This document shows, one piece after another, positions 1 through 10,344 of a DNA stretch of 32,000 bases. The first letter of the stretch is position 1. The number at the start of each line of letters is the position of its first letter. The notes beneath the pieces were generated by a model. It was given only the letters and a program-made list of their open reading frames with translations. It did not search any database and was not told where the DNA came from. The position numbers and the translations under genes are program-made. Source of the DNA: Pseudoalteromonas translucida KMM 520 (GTDB taxonomy: Bacteria; Pseudomonadota; Gammaproteobacteria; Enterobacterales; Alteromonadaceae); the NCBI RefSeq assembly GCF_001465295.1, contig NZ_CP011034.1:1920001-1952000 (forward strand), given 5' to 3'.

Positions 1-515
1 AAGATTTACTCTCTAGCTTTGCCGATCATATTATTGATACCGAAAGCGGACAAAAGCGCTACACCGATCACAACCTTACATTAAGGGACTCTAAGGGCGA
101 GCTAAGCGATACTGAGGTTGATAAAGTAAAAGTGTTAATGCAAGCATTACTTAACGACGACACCTTGTTTAAACAATGGCTTGGCACAACGTTAAGCCAA
201 CCAAAGCACGATATGGACTTAATGCCTGTTGAGCAACCGTTTAATGCGGCGCAAATTGCCGATGCAATAAACAGTGACGACATAAGCTTTGAACGCCTTG
301 GTGGAACGCGTGCTATATATCAGCAAACAGCTAATGAATTATTAGTAAGTATTAATGGAGAAAACTACTCTGTACCAAATAGTGACTTAAATGCTGTTAA
401 GTTACTTACTGATTTTACAGGCTTTAATGCGCAACAGCTAAAAAACTCGGCACCAAGCCTAGTTTTTATTGAAATATTCACTACACTGATTAATGAGGGT
501 ATTTGGTTCAATTAG
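1..515 (+). CDS. roxA: RoxA/YcfD-like cupin (JmjC) ribosomal protein hydroxylase, C-terminal part; the 5' end lies outside the window
   Basis: Frame 3 is open from base 3 to the TAG at 513-515, with no stop upstream of the listed Met at 132. The translation (..FKQWLGTTLSQPKHDMDL..RLGGTRAIY..LINEGIWFN) matches by eye my recollection of the E. coli YcfD C-terminus (..FKQWFGEFISQSRHELDI..RLGGLRVL..LVNSGYWFFEG). Confidence 0.75.
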   Translation, partial: DLLSSFADHIIDTESGQKRYTDHNLTLRDSKGELSDTEVDKVKVLMQALLNDDTLFKQWLGTTLSQPKHDMDLMPVEQPFNAAQIADAINSDDISFERLGGTRAIYQQTANELLVSINGENYSVPNSDLNAVKLLTDFTGFNAQQLKNSAPSLVFIEIFTTLINEGIWFN

Positions 516-524
516 AGGTGTATT

Positions 525-992
525 ATGGACTACCGGGTAGAACAGGTCGATTGGCACAGCCAAAAAGCGCTACTGCAGCAAATAAGAGAGCGTGTATTTG
601 TTTATGAGTTACATATTCCTAAACATATTGAATTTGACAACCTAGACCCACTTGCCCAACATATTCTTGTCACCAGTATTACCAACGATACACAGTCTCC
701 TGTAGCCACAGGCAGGCTGTGTAGCGATGGCCTTATAGGCCGTATAGCTGTATTACCCGCTCACCGCAATCGCAATGTTTACAAATCTCTACTCAATTTT
801 ATTGTTGCACTTGCTGCAGAGCAAAATATTGAAGTACTGAGTACTAACTGCATTTTAGAAGAAGTGGAATTATTTAAACAAAATGGCTTTAGCCAACAAG
901 GCAATGTCTTCATGGAGGCCGGCATTGCAAAGCTACGAATGCAGTGCCCTGTTACCAGCTTTGAAACTCGTCCATTTACGTTAACGCATTAA
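525..992 (+). CDS. GNAT-family N-acetyltransferase (small, 155 aa)
   Basis: The ORF starts 10 nt after the roxA stop. Its size and the central segment GRIAVLPAHRNRNVYKSLLNFIV, followed by ..LFKQNGF, fit the GNAT acetyl-CoA-binding core. The motif is weak, so the call is generic. Confidence 0.6.
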   Translation: MDYRVEQVDWHSQKALLQQIRERVFVYELHIPKHIEFDNLDPLAQHILVTSITNDTQSPVATGRLCSDGLIGRIAVLPAHRNRNVYKSLLNFIVALAAEQNIEVLSTNCILEEVELFKQNGFSQQGNVFMEAGIAKLRMQCPVTSFETRPFTLTH

Positions 993-1029
993 AAAGCGAG
1001 CTACAATAAACAAAGTAGCTCGCTTTTTT
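991..1029. terminator. bidirectional rho-independent terminator between convergent genes
   Basis: A perfect 10-bp stem agcgagctac (995-1004) / gtagctcgct (1015-1024) has a 10-nt loop. It is flanked by an A-run upstream and ttttt (1025-1029) downstream, between the convergent stops at 992 and 1055. Confidence 0.8.
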
Positions 1030-1054
1030 AATTTGTTATACAAACATATTAAAC

Positions 1055-1501
1055 TTATTTAGGCTCGTTAGCCCACAGTTGTTCATTTTCGTGCATTTCG
1101 TATAAACCATGGGCACGATTAATCAGTAAGTTGGCAAAATCAACCTTGGTTTTATCACTCGCCCCAGTTTGCATTATTTGATCGGCTTTTAGCTGCCATT
1201 GCAGTGAAAAATAACGTATTGCATCGCGAGCATCTTTTGCAGCACTCACTTCGGCATGATCAGTTGGTAAACGACCTGTAATTACCCAATAGTTTTTACC
1301 GTTTTGCGCCTTAAATTTCCATAGAGCACAAAATGGGGCTAAAAAACGACTGTCTTTTTCAATCAACGTTTTAGGCATAATGCCTTTTTCAGCTAAATGC
1401 TTTTGTGCGTTTTGAAAGCATTCACGCTGCCATAATATATTTTGCTGCTCTACTTGAGTTTGTTCTTGCGCTGTTAACGGTTTTTTTTCTTGTTGTGTCA
1501 T
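1055..1501 (-). CDS. conserved hypothetical cytoplasmic protein (possibly DUF4826-like; family name is a recollection only)
   Basis: A clean 148-aa ORF with no TM segment or signal peptide, convergent with the GNAT gene and sharing its terminator. No catalytic motif was recognised. Confidence 0.5.
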   Translation of the reverse strand: MTQQEKKPLTAQEQTQVEQQNILWQRECFQNAQKHLAEKGIMPKTLIEKDSRFLAPFCALWKFKAQNGKNYWVITGRLPTDHAEVSAAKDARDAIRYFSLQWQLKADQIMQTGASDKTKVDFANLLINRAHGLYEMHENEQLWANEPK

Positions 1502-1626
1502 TATTAATAACCTTTTACTTCTTTTTTAACACTTTAAGGGCTTAACAAATAAGGTGCAAGTACAAAAATAGTATTTTTTGGCCTCAAACCCGCTGTTTGC
1601 TTGGTTTTTAGCCAAATTTATAAGCT

Positions 1627-3045
1627 TTACTTAACTAATTTAATATTATGATCGAATGAGCCCACATCCCCCGGAAATACCACTGGCGACTCAATCCCCT
1701 CTTTATTGATGGCTGCAACACCAAAATAGTAATTATCAATAACTACATTGTTAAGTGTAGCTTGAGTAACCTTACCTACGGTTTTACTAAACTGCCATTG
1801 TGGCTCGCTGGTAAAACGCCAATAAATACGATAACCGGTTATATTATTGTCTTTAGATGCCTGCCACGACAAATGCGTATTAGCCGTTACCGCACCCGCT
1901 ATTTTCACTTCTTTAGGAGGCGCTGGAGCCCACGCCATAGACGCTAAACTTACAGCATTAAGTGCGGTTAATTTAGCTGCATAGTCAAAATCAACGCCTT
2001 TAATCGTATCACCATATTCAATGCCGTTTTCAGTGCGTAAGTCTTGATGCTGACGATCGTAATGCTCGTTTGTTTCCATAATACGCACTGCAGCAAAGCC
2101 CGCGTCATTAAAGGGTCTATGGTGCCCGCCTCTGCCAAATCGGTCTAACCGGTAAACTAGCATAGTGTCTAAATTAGCAATATATCTGTCGGCAATGGTA
2201 TCTATGTAACGCGCCAAGTTACGACTAGCTGAGTCAACCTCGCCCCCGGTAAAGCGACGCGTTCGTGCTTGCTCTTTAGTTTCTATTACGCGTGTACCTT
2301 CAGAAAATATCCGCGCTGTGGTGTTATCGGTTACGCCATTAACACCGGTAATATTGCCTATCATGTCGTTGTTTAGTACTGCGTGTATTTGCCAATCGTG
2401 TTTTTGCGCATAAGCAGTTAAAATTTTACCACCAAATAAACCCTGCTCCTCGCCCGACAGCGCCGCGTATACCACAGAGCCATTAAACTTATGCTTACTC
2501 AATACGCGCGCCGCCTCTATTACGCCCGCTACACCCGAGGCGTTATCGTTAGCACCTGGCGAATCACTAGTAAAGTCCATCACATCGCTTACGCGTGAGT
2601 CTATATCGCCCGACATTATTACCATACGGTTAGGCTCGCTTATACCGCGCTGAATAGCGACAATATTAACCACTTCGGTTGCATTAGGAATTCGTTTTTC
2701 TCCCGATATAGTGTCTTTTACTTCAATAATTTCGAGGCAGCCGCCGCATTGTGCTGATATTTTTTCGAACTCTTGTTTTATCCAGCGCCTTGCTGCGCCA
2801 ATACCACGGGTATCCGATTTAGTGTCTGATAATGTATGGCGCGTACCAAAATCCACCAGCGTTTGAATATCGCCACCTATACGCTGCGCTGAAATATCAC
2901 CGGCTATTACATGCAATTTTTGTTGGTCAGTGTATTTAATCTCGCCCGCTGCCAATGCTTGCGAAGTTAAACCCACAAAACAAGCAGTTGCAAGAGTACT
3001 CACGCTAAGTAATTTTGTTGTTATTTTAAAAGGTGTTTTAAGCAT
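1627..3045 (-). CDS. secreted M28-family zinc aminopeptidase with a C-terminal fibronectin-III-like domain
   Basis: There is an N-terminal signal peptide (KLLSVSTLATACFVGLTSQALAAG). M28 metal-ligand motifs are present: MSGDIDS, GANDNASGVAGVIEAARVL, LSGEEQGLFGG, NNDMIG. The C-terminal about 90 aa (..LSWQASKDNNITGYRIYWR..YYFGVAAINKEG) look FN3-like. Confidence 0.85.
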   Translation of the reverse strand: MLKTPFKITTKLLSVSTLATACFVGLTSQALAAGEIKYTDQQKLHVIAGDISAQRIGGDIQTLVDFGTRHTLSDTKSDTRGIGAARRWIKQEFEKISAQCGGCLEIIEVKDTISGEKRIPNATEVVNIVAIQRGISEPNRMVIMSGDIDSRVSDVMDFTSDSPGANDNASGVAGVIEAARVLSKHKFNGSVVYAALSGEEQGLFGGKILTAYAQKHDWQIHAVLNNDMIGNITGVNGVTDNTTARIFSEGTRVIETKEQARTRRFTGGEVDSASRNLARYIDTIADRYIANLDTMLVYRLDRFGRGGHHRPFNDAGFAAVRIMETNEHYDRQHQDLRTENGIEYGDTIKGVDFDYAAKLTALNAVSLASMAWAPAPPKEVKIAGAVTANTHLSWQASKDNNITGYRIYWRFTSEPQWQFSKTVGKVTQATLNNVVIDNYYFGVAAINKEGIESPVVFPGDVGSFDHNIKLVK

Positions 3046-3240
3046 CTAATGGCTCCTTATTTTTATTATAATCACCATTACGTAAGTAAGCTTATTGCGC
3101 AATACTTTTGCGGTAGGCACCACAAAAAAGTAAGTTAAAGCACAGATTAAAGGTTTAATTAAGCCAGATAATTAGCAACCACAATATTTAGTAATATAGT
3201 TATTTATGCCACACTAGCTTCTTTATATATTAAAAACTTT

Positions 3241-4038
3241 ATGCGCCAATTAAAAAACGATACCAAGCTTAGTAATCAAATCTATCATACCGACAGTAAG
3301 TTTGGTCCGGTACGCGTTTATCAAAATGAAGATTATAGATGGCTCACTTTTAATAACGATCCGCAGCTAGACGTTACCTTTCAAGGAGTAATGAGCAAAG
3401 CCCGGCCTGAACTATTATATGTACCAATATATCAAAGCATGTTGTTATTCTTATTAGCCCCAGTTAGTGAGCTACGTATTTTAAATTTAGGCTTAGGCAC
3501 TGCAGCAATAGAGCGCGCACTTAAACACATTGAATCTAGCCGCCGTAATTTAATTGATACGTTTGAAAGTGTAGAAATAAACCCCGATGTTATAAGTATC
3601 GCTAAACAATTTTTTAAATTACCCAGTGATCATACTGTGCACCTGCAATGTGCTAAGCAATTTATTAGTCAATGTACTCATCAATACGACCTAATTTACA
3701 TAGATATATTTAGTGGCGAGCACCACCAAACGTTTATTCAAAGCGAGTCGTTTTGGCACGCCATTAATCGCTGCATTGATAAAAGCGGCCAGGTAATCAT
3801 TAACTTAAATCCTAAAACAGGGCAAGAATTACAAACTACTTTAGTGCTGTTGCGCCATTACTTTAACTGTATTGCACTTATAGAGTTTAACGAGTACAAA
3901 AACATTGTACTTATACTAAGTAACCTTTCGTTAAAGCATATAACGGTAGAGGCAATACAAGCCTCAACAGTAATGCAAAGCATAGCGCCAAACTTACATA
4001 GCAATATAAATACTATTTACCATATAGAAGCAGTATAA
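3241..4038 (+). CDS. spermidine/spermine-synthase-like SAM-dependent methyltransferase-fold protein
   Basis: Rossmann motif I ILNLGLGTAAIERAL is followed by VEINPDVISIAKQFF and the acidic DLIYIDIFSGE. This layout is typical of the spermine/spermidine synthase family. Confidence 0.6.
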   Translation: MRQLKNDTKLSNQIYHTDSKFGPVRVYQNEDYRWLTFNNDPQLDVTFQGVMSKARPELLYVPIYQSMLLFLLAPVSELRILNLGLGTAAIERALKHIESSRRNLIDTFESVEINPDVISIAKQFFKLPSDHTVHLQCAKQFISQCTHQYDLIYIDIFSGEHHQTFIQSESFWHAINRCIDKSGQVIINLNPKTGQELQTTLVLLRHYFNCIALIEFNEYKNIVLILSNLSLKHITVEAIQASTVMQSIAPNLHSNINTIYHIEAV

Positions 4039-4211
4039 AAATTAATGAGTCTGCTCATATAACGGCTGCTAATAACAATCTTGGTATTGTTTTAATGCTT
4101 ACTAATATTAATTATACCTTAGAGTATGAGCAATTAAGCCTCTACTAAGCTGCATTTAAAAACACATAAATGCTATGATAGCTGCAATTACTTGCCATTT
4201 AAGCTATTAAA

Positions 4212-6059
4212 ATGTATCGACTATTTGAGCGCATCACTAAGCCGTTCCCACAAGATAAGCCAACGCAGCCACCTAATACGCTGCTTGCGTTTTGCCTTCA
4301 TTACACCAAAGGCATGGGGCTGTCGCTAGCACTACTCTCGTTAAGTGCCGCCTTGCTCGCTATTTTAGAAGTATCGCTATTTAGCTACATGGGGCAACTA
4401 GTTGATTGGTTGGCAATTTATACACCACAAACACTCTTTGTAGAGCAGCAGTCCGAGCTGACAAAAATGGCCCTTATGCTCCTTGTAGTGCTGCCTGTAG
4501 TCGTGTTTTTTCATTCTGCAATTTTACACCAGGCATTACTGGGTAATTACCCCATGTCGATTCGCTGGTTAGCGCATAGGTATTTATTGCGCCAAAGTGT
4601 TAGTTTTTATCAAAATGAATTTGCCGGACGCATCGCCACTAAGGTATTACAAACCTCTCTGGCTGTGCGCGAAGCAGTAACAAAACTGCTCGATGTATTA
4701 ATGTACATAATCGTTTATTTTGGCTCTATGTTATTTTTAGTAGCCGAGGCCGATTGGCGCTTAATGTTGCCCTTACTTGTTTGGCTTGTTTTGTATATTT
4801 GTATTCAACTTTACTTTGTACCGCGTCTTAAAAAAGTGGCTACCTCACAAGCCGATGCCCGCTCAGAAATGACCGGCCGCATTGTCGACAGCTACACTAA
4901 CATTGCTACCATTAAACTATTTTCGTACACCCAACGCGAAGAAGAATACGCAAAACAAAGCATGGATGTTTTTTTGCAGCCGGTGTACAAGCAAATGCGC
5001 TTAGTCACCAGCCTTAACTTTGTTATTCAAACTTTAAATTACTTATTAGTATTTTCGGTCACTGCGGTATCACTTTACTTGTGGTCGCTAAGTGCTATTA
5101 GCGCTGGAGCAATTGCCGTTGCGGTTAGTTTAGCCCTTAGGTTAAACGGCATGGCGCAGTGGATCATGTGGGAAATAAGCAGCTTATTTGAAAATATTGG
5201 CACCGTAGCCGATGGCATGCAAACCCTCTCTAATCCAATTGCAGTAGCCGATAAACCCAATGCCAGCACGCTTAACGTTAGCCAAGGTGCAATTGAATTT
5301 AACAATGTGCACTTTAACTACGGCAAGGCAGCGAGTGAAACTTTACGTGGCCCGGTTATTAACGGTTTAAACTTAAATATTAAAGCTGGCGAAAAAATTG
5401 GCTTAGTGGGTCGCTCTGGCGCGGGTAAATCAACGCTAGTTAATTTACTACTACGCTTTTACGACACCGACTCTGGCAGTATAAAAATTGACGGCCAAAA
5501 CATTACCGATGTGAGCCAAGAAAGCTTACGCCGTTACATTGCCATGGTAACTCAAGACACCTCCCTGCTGCACCGCTCAGTAAAAGACAACATTTTATAC
5601 GGCAGACCAGATGCCACAGAAGCCGAAATGATCGATGCCACCAAGCAAGCTAAAGCCCTAGAGTTTGTAACCGACTTAGTTGACAGCAAAGGTAATAAAG
5701 GCTTTGACGCGCAAGTAGGCGAGCGTGGCGTTACCTTATCGGGTGGGCAGCGCCAACGTATTGCTATTGCGCGCGTACTGCTTAAAAACGCCCCTATTCT
5801 CATACTCGACGAAGCCACCAGCGCGCTTGACTCAGAAGTAGAAGCCGCTATTCAAGCAAGTCTTGATGACTTAATGACAGATAAAACAGTGATTGCTATT
5901 GCTCACAGGCTGTCAACCATAGCGCAAATGGACAGGCTTATCGTACTTGATAACGGCGGTGTTGTTGAGCAAGGCACACATGATGAGTTAATTGCTAAAA
6001 ATGGGATTTACGCGGCACTTTGGGCACATCAAACAGGTGGGTTTATTGGCGTTGAATAG
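4212..6059 (+). CDS. ABC exporter, fused permease/ATPase half-transporter (MsbA/multidrug-like)
   Basis: The N-terminal about 330 aa has six predicted TM helices. Walker A GRSGAGKST, ABC signature LSGGQRQR, Walker B ILILDEATSALD and H-loop AIAHRL are all present. Confidence 0.9.
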   Translation: MYRLFERITKPFPQDKPTQPPNTLLAFCLHYTKGMGLSLALLSLSAALLAILEVSLFSYMGQLVDWLAIYTPQTLFVEQQSELTKMALMLLVVLPVVVFFHSAILHQALLGNYPMSIRWLAHRYLLRQSVSFYQNEFAGRIATKVLQTSLAVREAVTKLLDVLMYIIVYFGSMLFLVAEADWRLMLPLLVWLVLYICIQLYFVPRLKKVATSQADARSEMTGRIVDSYTNIATIKLFSYTQREEEYAKQSMDVFLQPVYKQMRLVTSLNFVIQTLNYLLVFSVTAVSLYLWSLSAISAGAIAVAVSLALRLNGMAQWIMWEISSLFENIGTVADGMQTLSNPIAVADKPNASTLNVSQGAIEFNNVHFNYGKAASETLRGPVINGLNLNIKAGEKIGLVGRSGAGKSTLVNLLLRFYDTDSGSIKIDGQNITDVSQESLRRYIAMVTQDTSLLHRSVKDNILYGRPDATEAEMIDATKQAKALEFVTDLVDSKGNKGFDAQVGERGVTLSGGQRQRIAIARVLLKNAPILILDEATSALDSEVEAAIQASLDDLMTDKTVIAIAHRLSTIAQMDRLIVLDNGGVVEQGTHDELIAKNGIYAALWAHQTGGFIGVE

Positions 6060-6090
6060 TTGTTTTAAATATTAACAACAAGCTTAAAAT

Positions 6091-6125
6091 ATTAAACCAT
6101 AACGAAAAATGCGTTATGGTTTAAT
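6091..6125. terminator. hairpin between the convergent ABC and FMO genes (likely bidirectional terminator)
   Basis: A 14-bp stem attaaaccataacg (6091-6104) / cgttatggtttaat (6112-6125) has a 7-nt loop. The flanks are AT-rich and the T-run is weak. Confidence 0.6.
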
Positions 6126-6141
6126 ATTGTTTTATTACGTG

Positions 6142-7518
6142 CTAGCTCGCTTTACTTTTTTCTATAGTGTGAGTAGCCGATAATTCTAAAAAGTATTCTA
6201 ATGAATCATCAAGCACATCTAACCACGGCACAGGAAGCTCAGGTGCCAAGGTGTTTGTTAAAGTAGAGCGATATGCTTTTTCTCTAAAACACATAATGTC
6301 TTGTTGTTTATCTTTTTGCCATTCTTTGAGAATATCTGCCTGTTTTTCAACTGCAAATTCAGGGTAATCTGTGGCATTAGTTAAATCACGAATATAAGCT
6401 GCTTGATAATCAATAGAGCCTTCAACATTCGTTACTTCATCGTACTTAGCTAACCAATTTTTTTCATCTTCTTGTCGTGCTGCTAATGCTGGTAGTTTTA
6501 TTCTGTCTAAAATTTCGTCGCGTACATACCATGCTTGCGCATCAAACATATTAAAAGTGAAGTACTGATCTTGCATGCCTAAATAAACTAACTTAGGGTT
6601 TGGCTGCCAAAAAACACCCTTATATAAGTTTGCCGGATACAAACAGTTATGTGTTTGTAAACGTAGTTCATCAGGTAAAAATGGAAAATGAAATAAATAC
6701 CCAGTACACATAATCACTGCATCAAAGCGCTTACTGGTGCCATCTATAAAGTGCGCAACATCCCCTTCAAAGTGGGTCACAAGTGGCATTTCTGCAATGC
6801 CGTCTGGCCAATTATAGCCAAGTGCTTTAGTACGGTAGCTTATAGTTACCGATTTAGCGCCATACTTATAACACTGCGTACCTATATCTTCGGCAGAGTA
6901 GCTACTGCCTATAAGTAAAACCTCTGAATCTTTAAATTCTAGTGCATCTCTAAAGTCATGAGCATGTAATACTCGACCAGAATACTCTTCTAGCCCTTCA
7001 AAATAAGGCATGTTTGGTGTAGAGAAATGACCTGTAGCAACAATAACATAATCAAACTCATTCACTTCCTGCTCGCCGGTTTTATGGTTCATAACCGTTA
7101 CGGTAAACATTTGTGTTTCGTCGTCAAATGTAACCCAACGAACCGGGCACTCAAAGCGAATGTATTTACGAATATCTTGCTTATTAATACGCCCCATTAT
7201 GTAGTCTTTAAGCACTTCACGAGGGGGATACGAAGGAATAGGTCTACCAAAATGTTCTTCAAAAGAATAATCAGCAAATTCTAAGCATTCTTTTGGTCCG
7301 TTAGACCAAAGATAACGATACATACTGCCATGTACCGGCTCACCATTTCTGTCTAGCCCAGTGCGCCATGTATAGTTCCACATGCCACCAATATCATTTT
7401 GTTTTTCGTAACAAACAACTTCCGGTAAATTTTCAATACCGGCTAAACGAGCTGCTTCAAATGCACGTAATTGTGCCAAACCGCTTGGACCTGCGCCCAA
7501 AATAGCAATTTTTTTCAT
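6142..7518 (-). CDS. tmm: flavin-containing monooxygenase, bacterial trimethylamine-monooxygenase (Tmm)-like
   Basis: FAD motif ILGAGPSGL at the N-terminus. FMO-identifying motif F/YxGxxxHxxxF as YSGRVLHAHDF. Second dinucleotide motif LLIGSSYSAEDI. The N-terminus KIAILGAGPSGLAQLRAFE resembles marine Tmm proteins. Substrate assignment is inference. Confidence 0.75.
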   Translation of the reverse strand: MKKIAILGAGPSGLAQLRAFEAARLAGIENLPEVVCYEKQNDIGGMWNYTWRTGLDRNGEPVHGSMYRYLWSNGPKECLEFADYSFEEHFGRPIPSYPPREVLKDYIMGRINKQDIRKYIRFECPVRWVTFDDETQMFTVTVMNHKTGEQEVNEFDYVIVATGHFSTPNMPYFEGLEEYSGRVLHAHDFRDALEFKDSEVLLIGSSYSAEDIGTQCYKYGAKSVTISYRTKALGYNWPDGIAEMPLVTHFEGDVAHFIDGTSKRFDAVIMCTGYLFHFPFLPDELRLQTHNCLYPANLYKGVFWQPNPKLVYLGMQDQYFTFNMFDAQAWYVRDEILDRIKLPALAARQEDEKNWLAKYDEVTNVEGSIDYQAAYIRDLTNATDYPEFAVEKQADILKEWQKDKQQDIMCFREKAYRSTLTNTLAPELPVPWLDVLDDSLEYFLELSATHTIEKSKAS

Positions 7519-7750
7519 TATAAAAGTCGACTCCTAATAGCTAATACGAGCCTTACTATAACATTTTTTCATGCAAATTATTTGCCACAATAAAAATAAA
7601 CTCTTTTTTATAACATTTACCTTTAAAAAAACATAAAATAAATCAATATTTTATTAACTAGCCGCCTATTGTCACCGCAACTTATTTGGCTTAAAAAATA
7701 TAATCAGTAAGCACTCAGCCGTTAATTTATAACGGCTTAAATTTAAGTAA

Positions 7751-7790
7751 TAAAAAAGCGAAGAGGCTGTTTATGCTCCTTCGCTTTTGC
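7751..7790 (-). terminator. rho-independent terminator downstream of nhaD
   Basis: The minus strand reads aagcgaaggag-cataaacag-cctcttcgctttttt, an imperfect GC-containing stem followed by a T6 run. It lies about 80 nt after the nhaD stop. Confidence 0.65.
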
Positions 7791-7868
7791 CGCCATTTAA
7801 TACTTAAATTAAAGCTTTATAAAATTGTTACTGTTATAAAAAATAGCTTATAGCGTTTGCTGGCACCT

Positions 7869-9305
7869 TTAAAATAATGATGCGTTAAGCCATAAGTGCA
7901 ACATTATGCTGGCCCCGTAACCTAACGCAATCACAGGCGTCCACTTTAGGTGACCAAAAAAAGTATAGTAGCCGCGCGCTTGCCCCATTAATGCGACTCC
8001 CGCAGCCGAGCCAATCGAGAGTAAACTACCGCCTACCCCCGCAGTTAATGTGATCAGCAACCATTGCCCATGCGACATTTCAGGATCCATAGATAACACC
8101 GCAAACATAACCGGTATATTATCGATCACTGCAGAAATCACCCCAAGAAAAATATTGGCCGTTGTAGTAGACCAATTGCCATATAGCATCTCAGACATAA
8201 AGTTTAAGTAACCTAAAAACCCTAAGCCACCCACGCACATAACAATACCGTAAAAAAATAATAACGTGTCCCACTCTGCCCGTTGCACTCTACTAAACAC
8301 GTCAAATGGCACTACACTGCCTAATTTAGCTAATCGTTCTTGATCGCCTAACTGCTCTGCATGTGCTCTTTTGCGAGCCAGCGATCCTGGTAAAGTCATT
8401 CTTAAAAAATACCCAAAAAACTGTAAATAGCCTAGCCCCATCATCATACCTAATACTGGCGGCAAGTTTAAAAAGCTATGGCAAGCAACTGCAGTGGCTA
8501 TGGTAAGTAAAAACAACACTAATATTCGCACGGCGCCGCGCTTTAGCTCAACCGCTTCGTATTGTGCGGTTGGGTGCTTATCGGCAACATAAAAGCTCAT
8601 AATGGCTGCAGGCACTAGGTAATTAACTAAAGCAGGTAAAAACAACACTAAAAACTCGTTAAAATGCACCAATCCAGCTTGCCACACCATTAGCGTGGTT
8701 ATATCGCCAAAGGGGCTAAATGCGCCGCCCGCATTAGCCGCTATAACAATATTAATACAGCTAATGTTTATAAATGGCTTATCACCTTCGGCAACTTTCA
8801 TTACTACTGCACACATTAATAACGCGGTGGTAAGGTTGTCGGCAATCGGGGAGATAAAAAATGCTAAAAAACCGGTTATCCAAAATAAATTTTTATAGTT
8901 AAAGCCTTTGCGGATCATCCAAGCGCGTAATGCATCAAATACTCCTCTTTCTTCTAGCGCATTTATGTAGGTCATAGCGACTAGTAAAAAGAGCATAAGC
9001 TCGGCAAACTCAAGTAAATTATGCCTAAATGCAGTTTCGGTAAGTTCAGTAATATCATGGCTAACGTAATAGGCACCTATTAATATCCAAATTAATCCTG
9101 CTGCAACCAATACTGGTTTCGACTTTCTTAAATGTAGCTTTTCCTCGAGCATAACCACGGTATAAGCAATAAAAAATATACCAATACACAACCAACCAAT
9201 ATTCGATGATGTTAAATCTAACTGCCCTTGCGCAGCCCAAACTGGCGAGCAAAAAAACAACATAGCAATACATACTATGTTGAACCCCCGTAGCAAACTC
9301 TTCAT
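7869..9305 (-). CDS. nhaD: NhaD-type Na+/H+ antiporter (ArsB/NhaD permease superfamily)
   Basis: A 478-aa polytopic membrane protein. The signature-like segments ADNLTTALLM and VIAANAGGAFSPFGDITTLMVW match what I recall from Vibrio NhaD. Confidence 0.7.
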   Translation of the reverse strand: MKSLLRGFNIVCIAMLFFCSPVWAAQGQLDLTSSNIGWLCIGIFFIAYTVVMLEEKLHLRKSKPVLVAAGLIWILIGAYYVSHDITELTETAFRHNLLEFAELMLFLLVAMTYINALEERGVFDALRAWMIRKGFNYKNLFWITGFLAFFISPIADNLTTALLMCAVVMKVAEGDKPFINISCINIVIAANAGGAFSPFGDITTLMVWQAGLVHFNEFLVLFLPALVNYLVPAAIMSFYVADKHPTAQYEAVELKRGAVRILVLFLLTIATAVACHSFLNLPPVLGMMMGLGYLQFFGYFLRMTLPGSLARKRAHAEQLGDQERLAKLGSVVPFDVFSRVQRAEWDTLLFFYGIVMCVGGLGFLGYLNFMSEMLYGNWSTTTANIFLGVISAVIDNIPVMFAVLSMDPEMSHGQWLLITLTAGVGGSLLSIGSAAGVALMGQARGYYTFFGHLKWTPVIALGYGASIMLHLWLNASLF

Positions 9306-9603
9306 TTTATATTTCCTGTTTTAATTACATAAATCAGCTGGCTTTAATTACAATAAAGCAATTGTTCTGCTTTATTGATACGCATTTTGGTGAGTATTTA
9401 TTGGTTATTATTTTTTCACCACAATAAAATAGCACAGCATTACCAAGTGGCTATTGTACTGAGGTCTATATATGCATAGATGGTTGCTATATTGTAAATA
9501 CAGTGTATGAATAGTGATTATGGCAAGCTTTGATTTTTATAGTTTAACTACACAAAATTCAACTGGTTATATTATTTTTATTTAGTGCTGCGGAAGTAGT
9601 TTA

Positions 9604-9640
9604 CAAAAAAGCGAAGTTGCTATGTAAGCAACTTCGCTCT
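9604..9640 (-). terminator. rho-independent terminator downstream of the MAPEG gene
   Basis: An 11-bp perfect stem agcgaagttgc / gcaacttcgct has a 7-nt loop. On the minus strand it is followed by tttttt. Confidence 0.75.
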
Positions 9641-9690
9641 TGGTTAATTGTTAATTATTAATTGTTGTTTTGTACATTCTATTATTTATA

Positions 9691-10110
9691 TTAGGCAATT
9701 AACCTTAAACCTATCATTACTAGCATCACAATATTGGCAAGTACGCCAATTAAAAAGAAGTAGCTACGCGGGCTAGGGTTTTTATTGGTAGCAATTGCGT
9801 AGTACAGCACCATATGAATTAATCGCGCAATAACGTATATCCATACACATAGTGCAAATATTGGGCTTTGATAATTTATTACAAAAGCAAACAACACTGT
9901 TCCTATAAATAGCGCACTATTTTCAAGGGTATTATGAAAAGTACGGTGTGCTCTAAATATAAAACTATCATGCGATAAGTCGTCACTTATTTTACCCGGC
10001 ACTGCATTAGGCTGTTTTGCTTTACTAAAAGTTGCTACCGCCCACTGTGCAAGCAACATAATTAAATACAGGTAAAACGCCAAATACGCCGAAAGTGCAA
10101 TATTAGTCAT
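9691..10110 (-). CDS. MAPEG-family membrane protein (microsomal glutathione-S-transferase-like)
   Basis: 139 aa with four TM helices. The conserved loop FRAHRTFHNTLENSALF resembles the MAPEG R-x-H-x-N-x-x-E-N signature. Confidence 0.65.
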   Translation of the reverse strand: MTNIALSAYLAFYLYLIMLLAQWAVATFSKAKQPNAVPGKISDDLSHDSFIFRAHRTFHNTLENSALFIGTVLFAFVINYQSPIFALCVWIYVIARLIHMVLYYAIATNKNPSPRSYFFLIGVLANIVMLVMIGLRLIA

Positions 10111-10344
10111 AGTTTATTTCCTTGTTTTTATTAAATATGTTTATTAAGTATTGTTTATTATCAACTTTTAGATCTGTAACATTAATAACAGGCAAGTTTT
10201 AGGCTCAGTTTAATTGCTTGATATTTATATAAATAATTAAAGCTATTGTTTGAACTCAGTAATTTATTCCAACGCTTTTACATAAAAGTACTTAATACTT
10301 AAATTAAAAAACGTAAAAGTAATATTACTCATTAAAATTATAGC

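Noticed and set aside
68-283. 71-aa minus-strand ORF at the left end
   Set aside because: It is antisense to the roxA reading frame, which is open from the window start.
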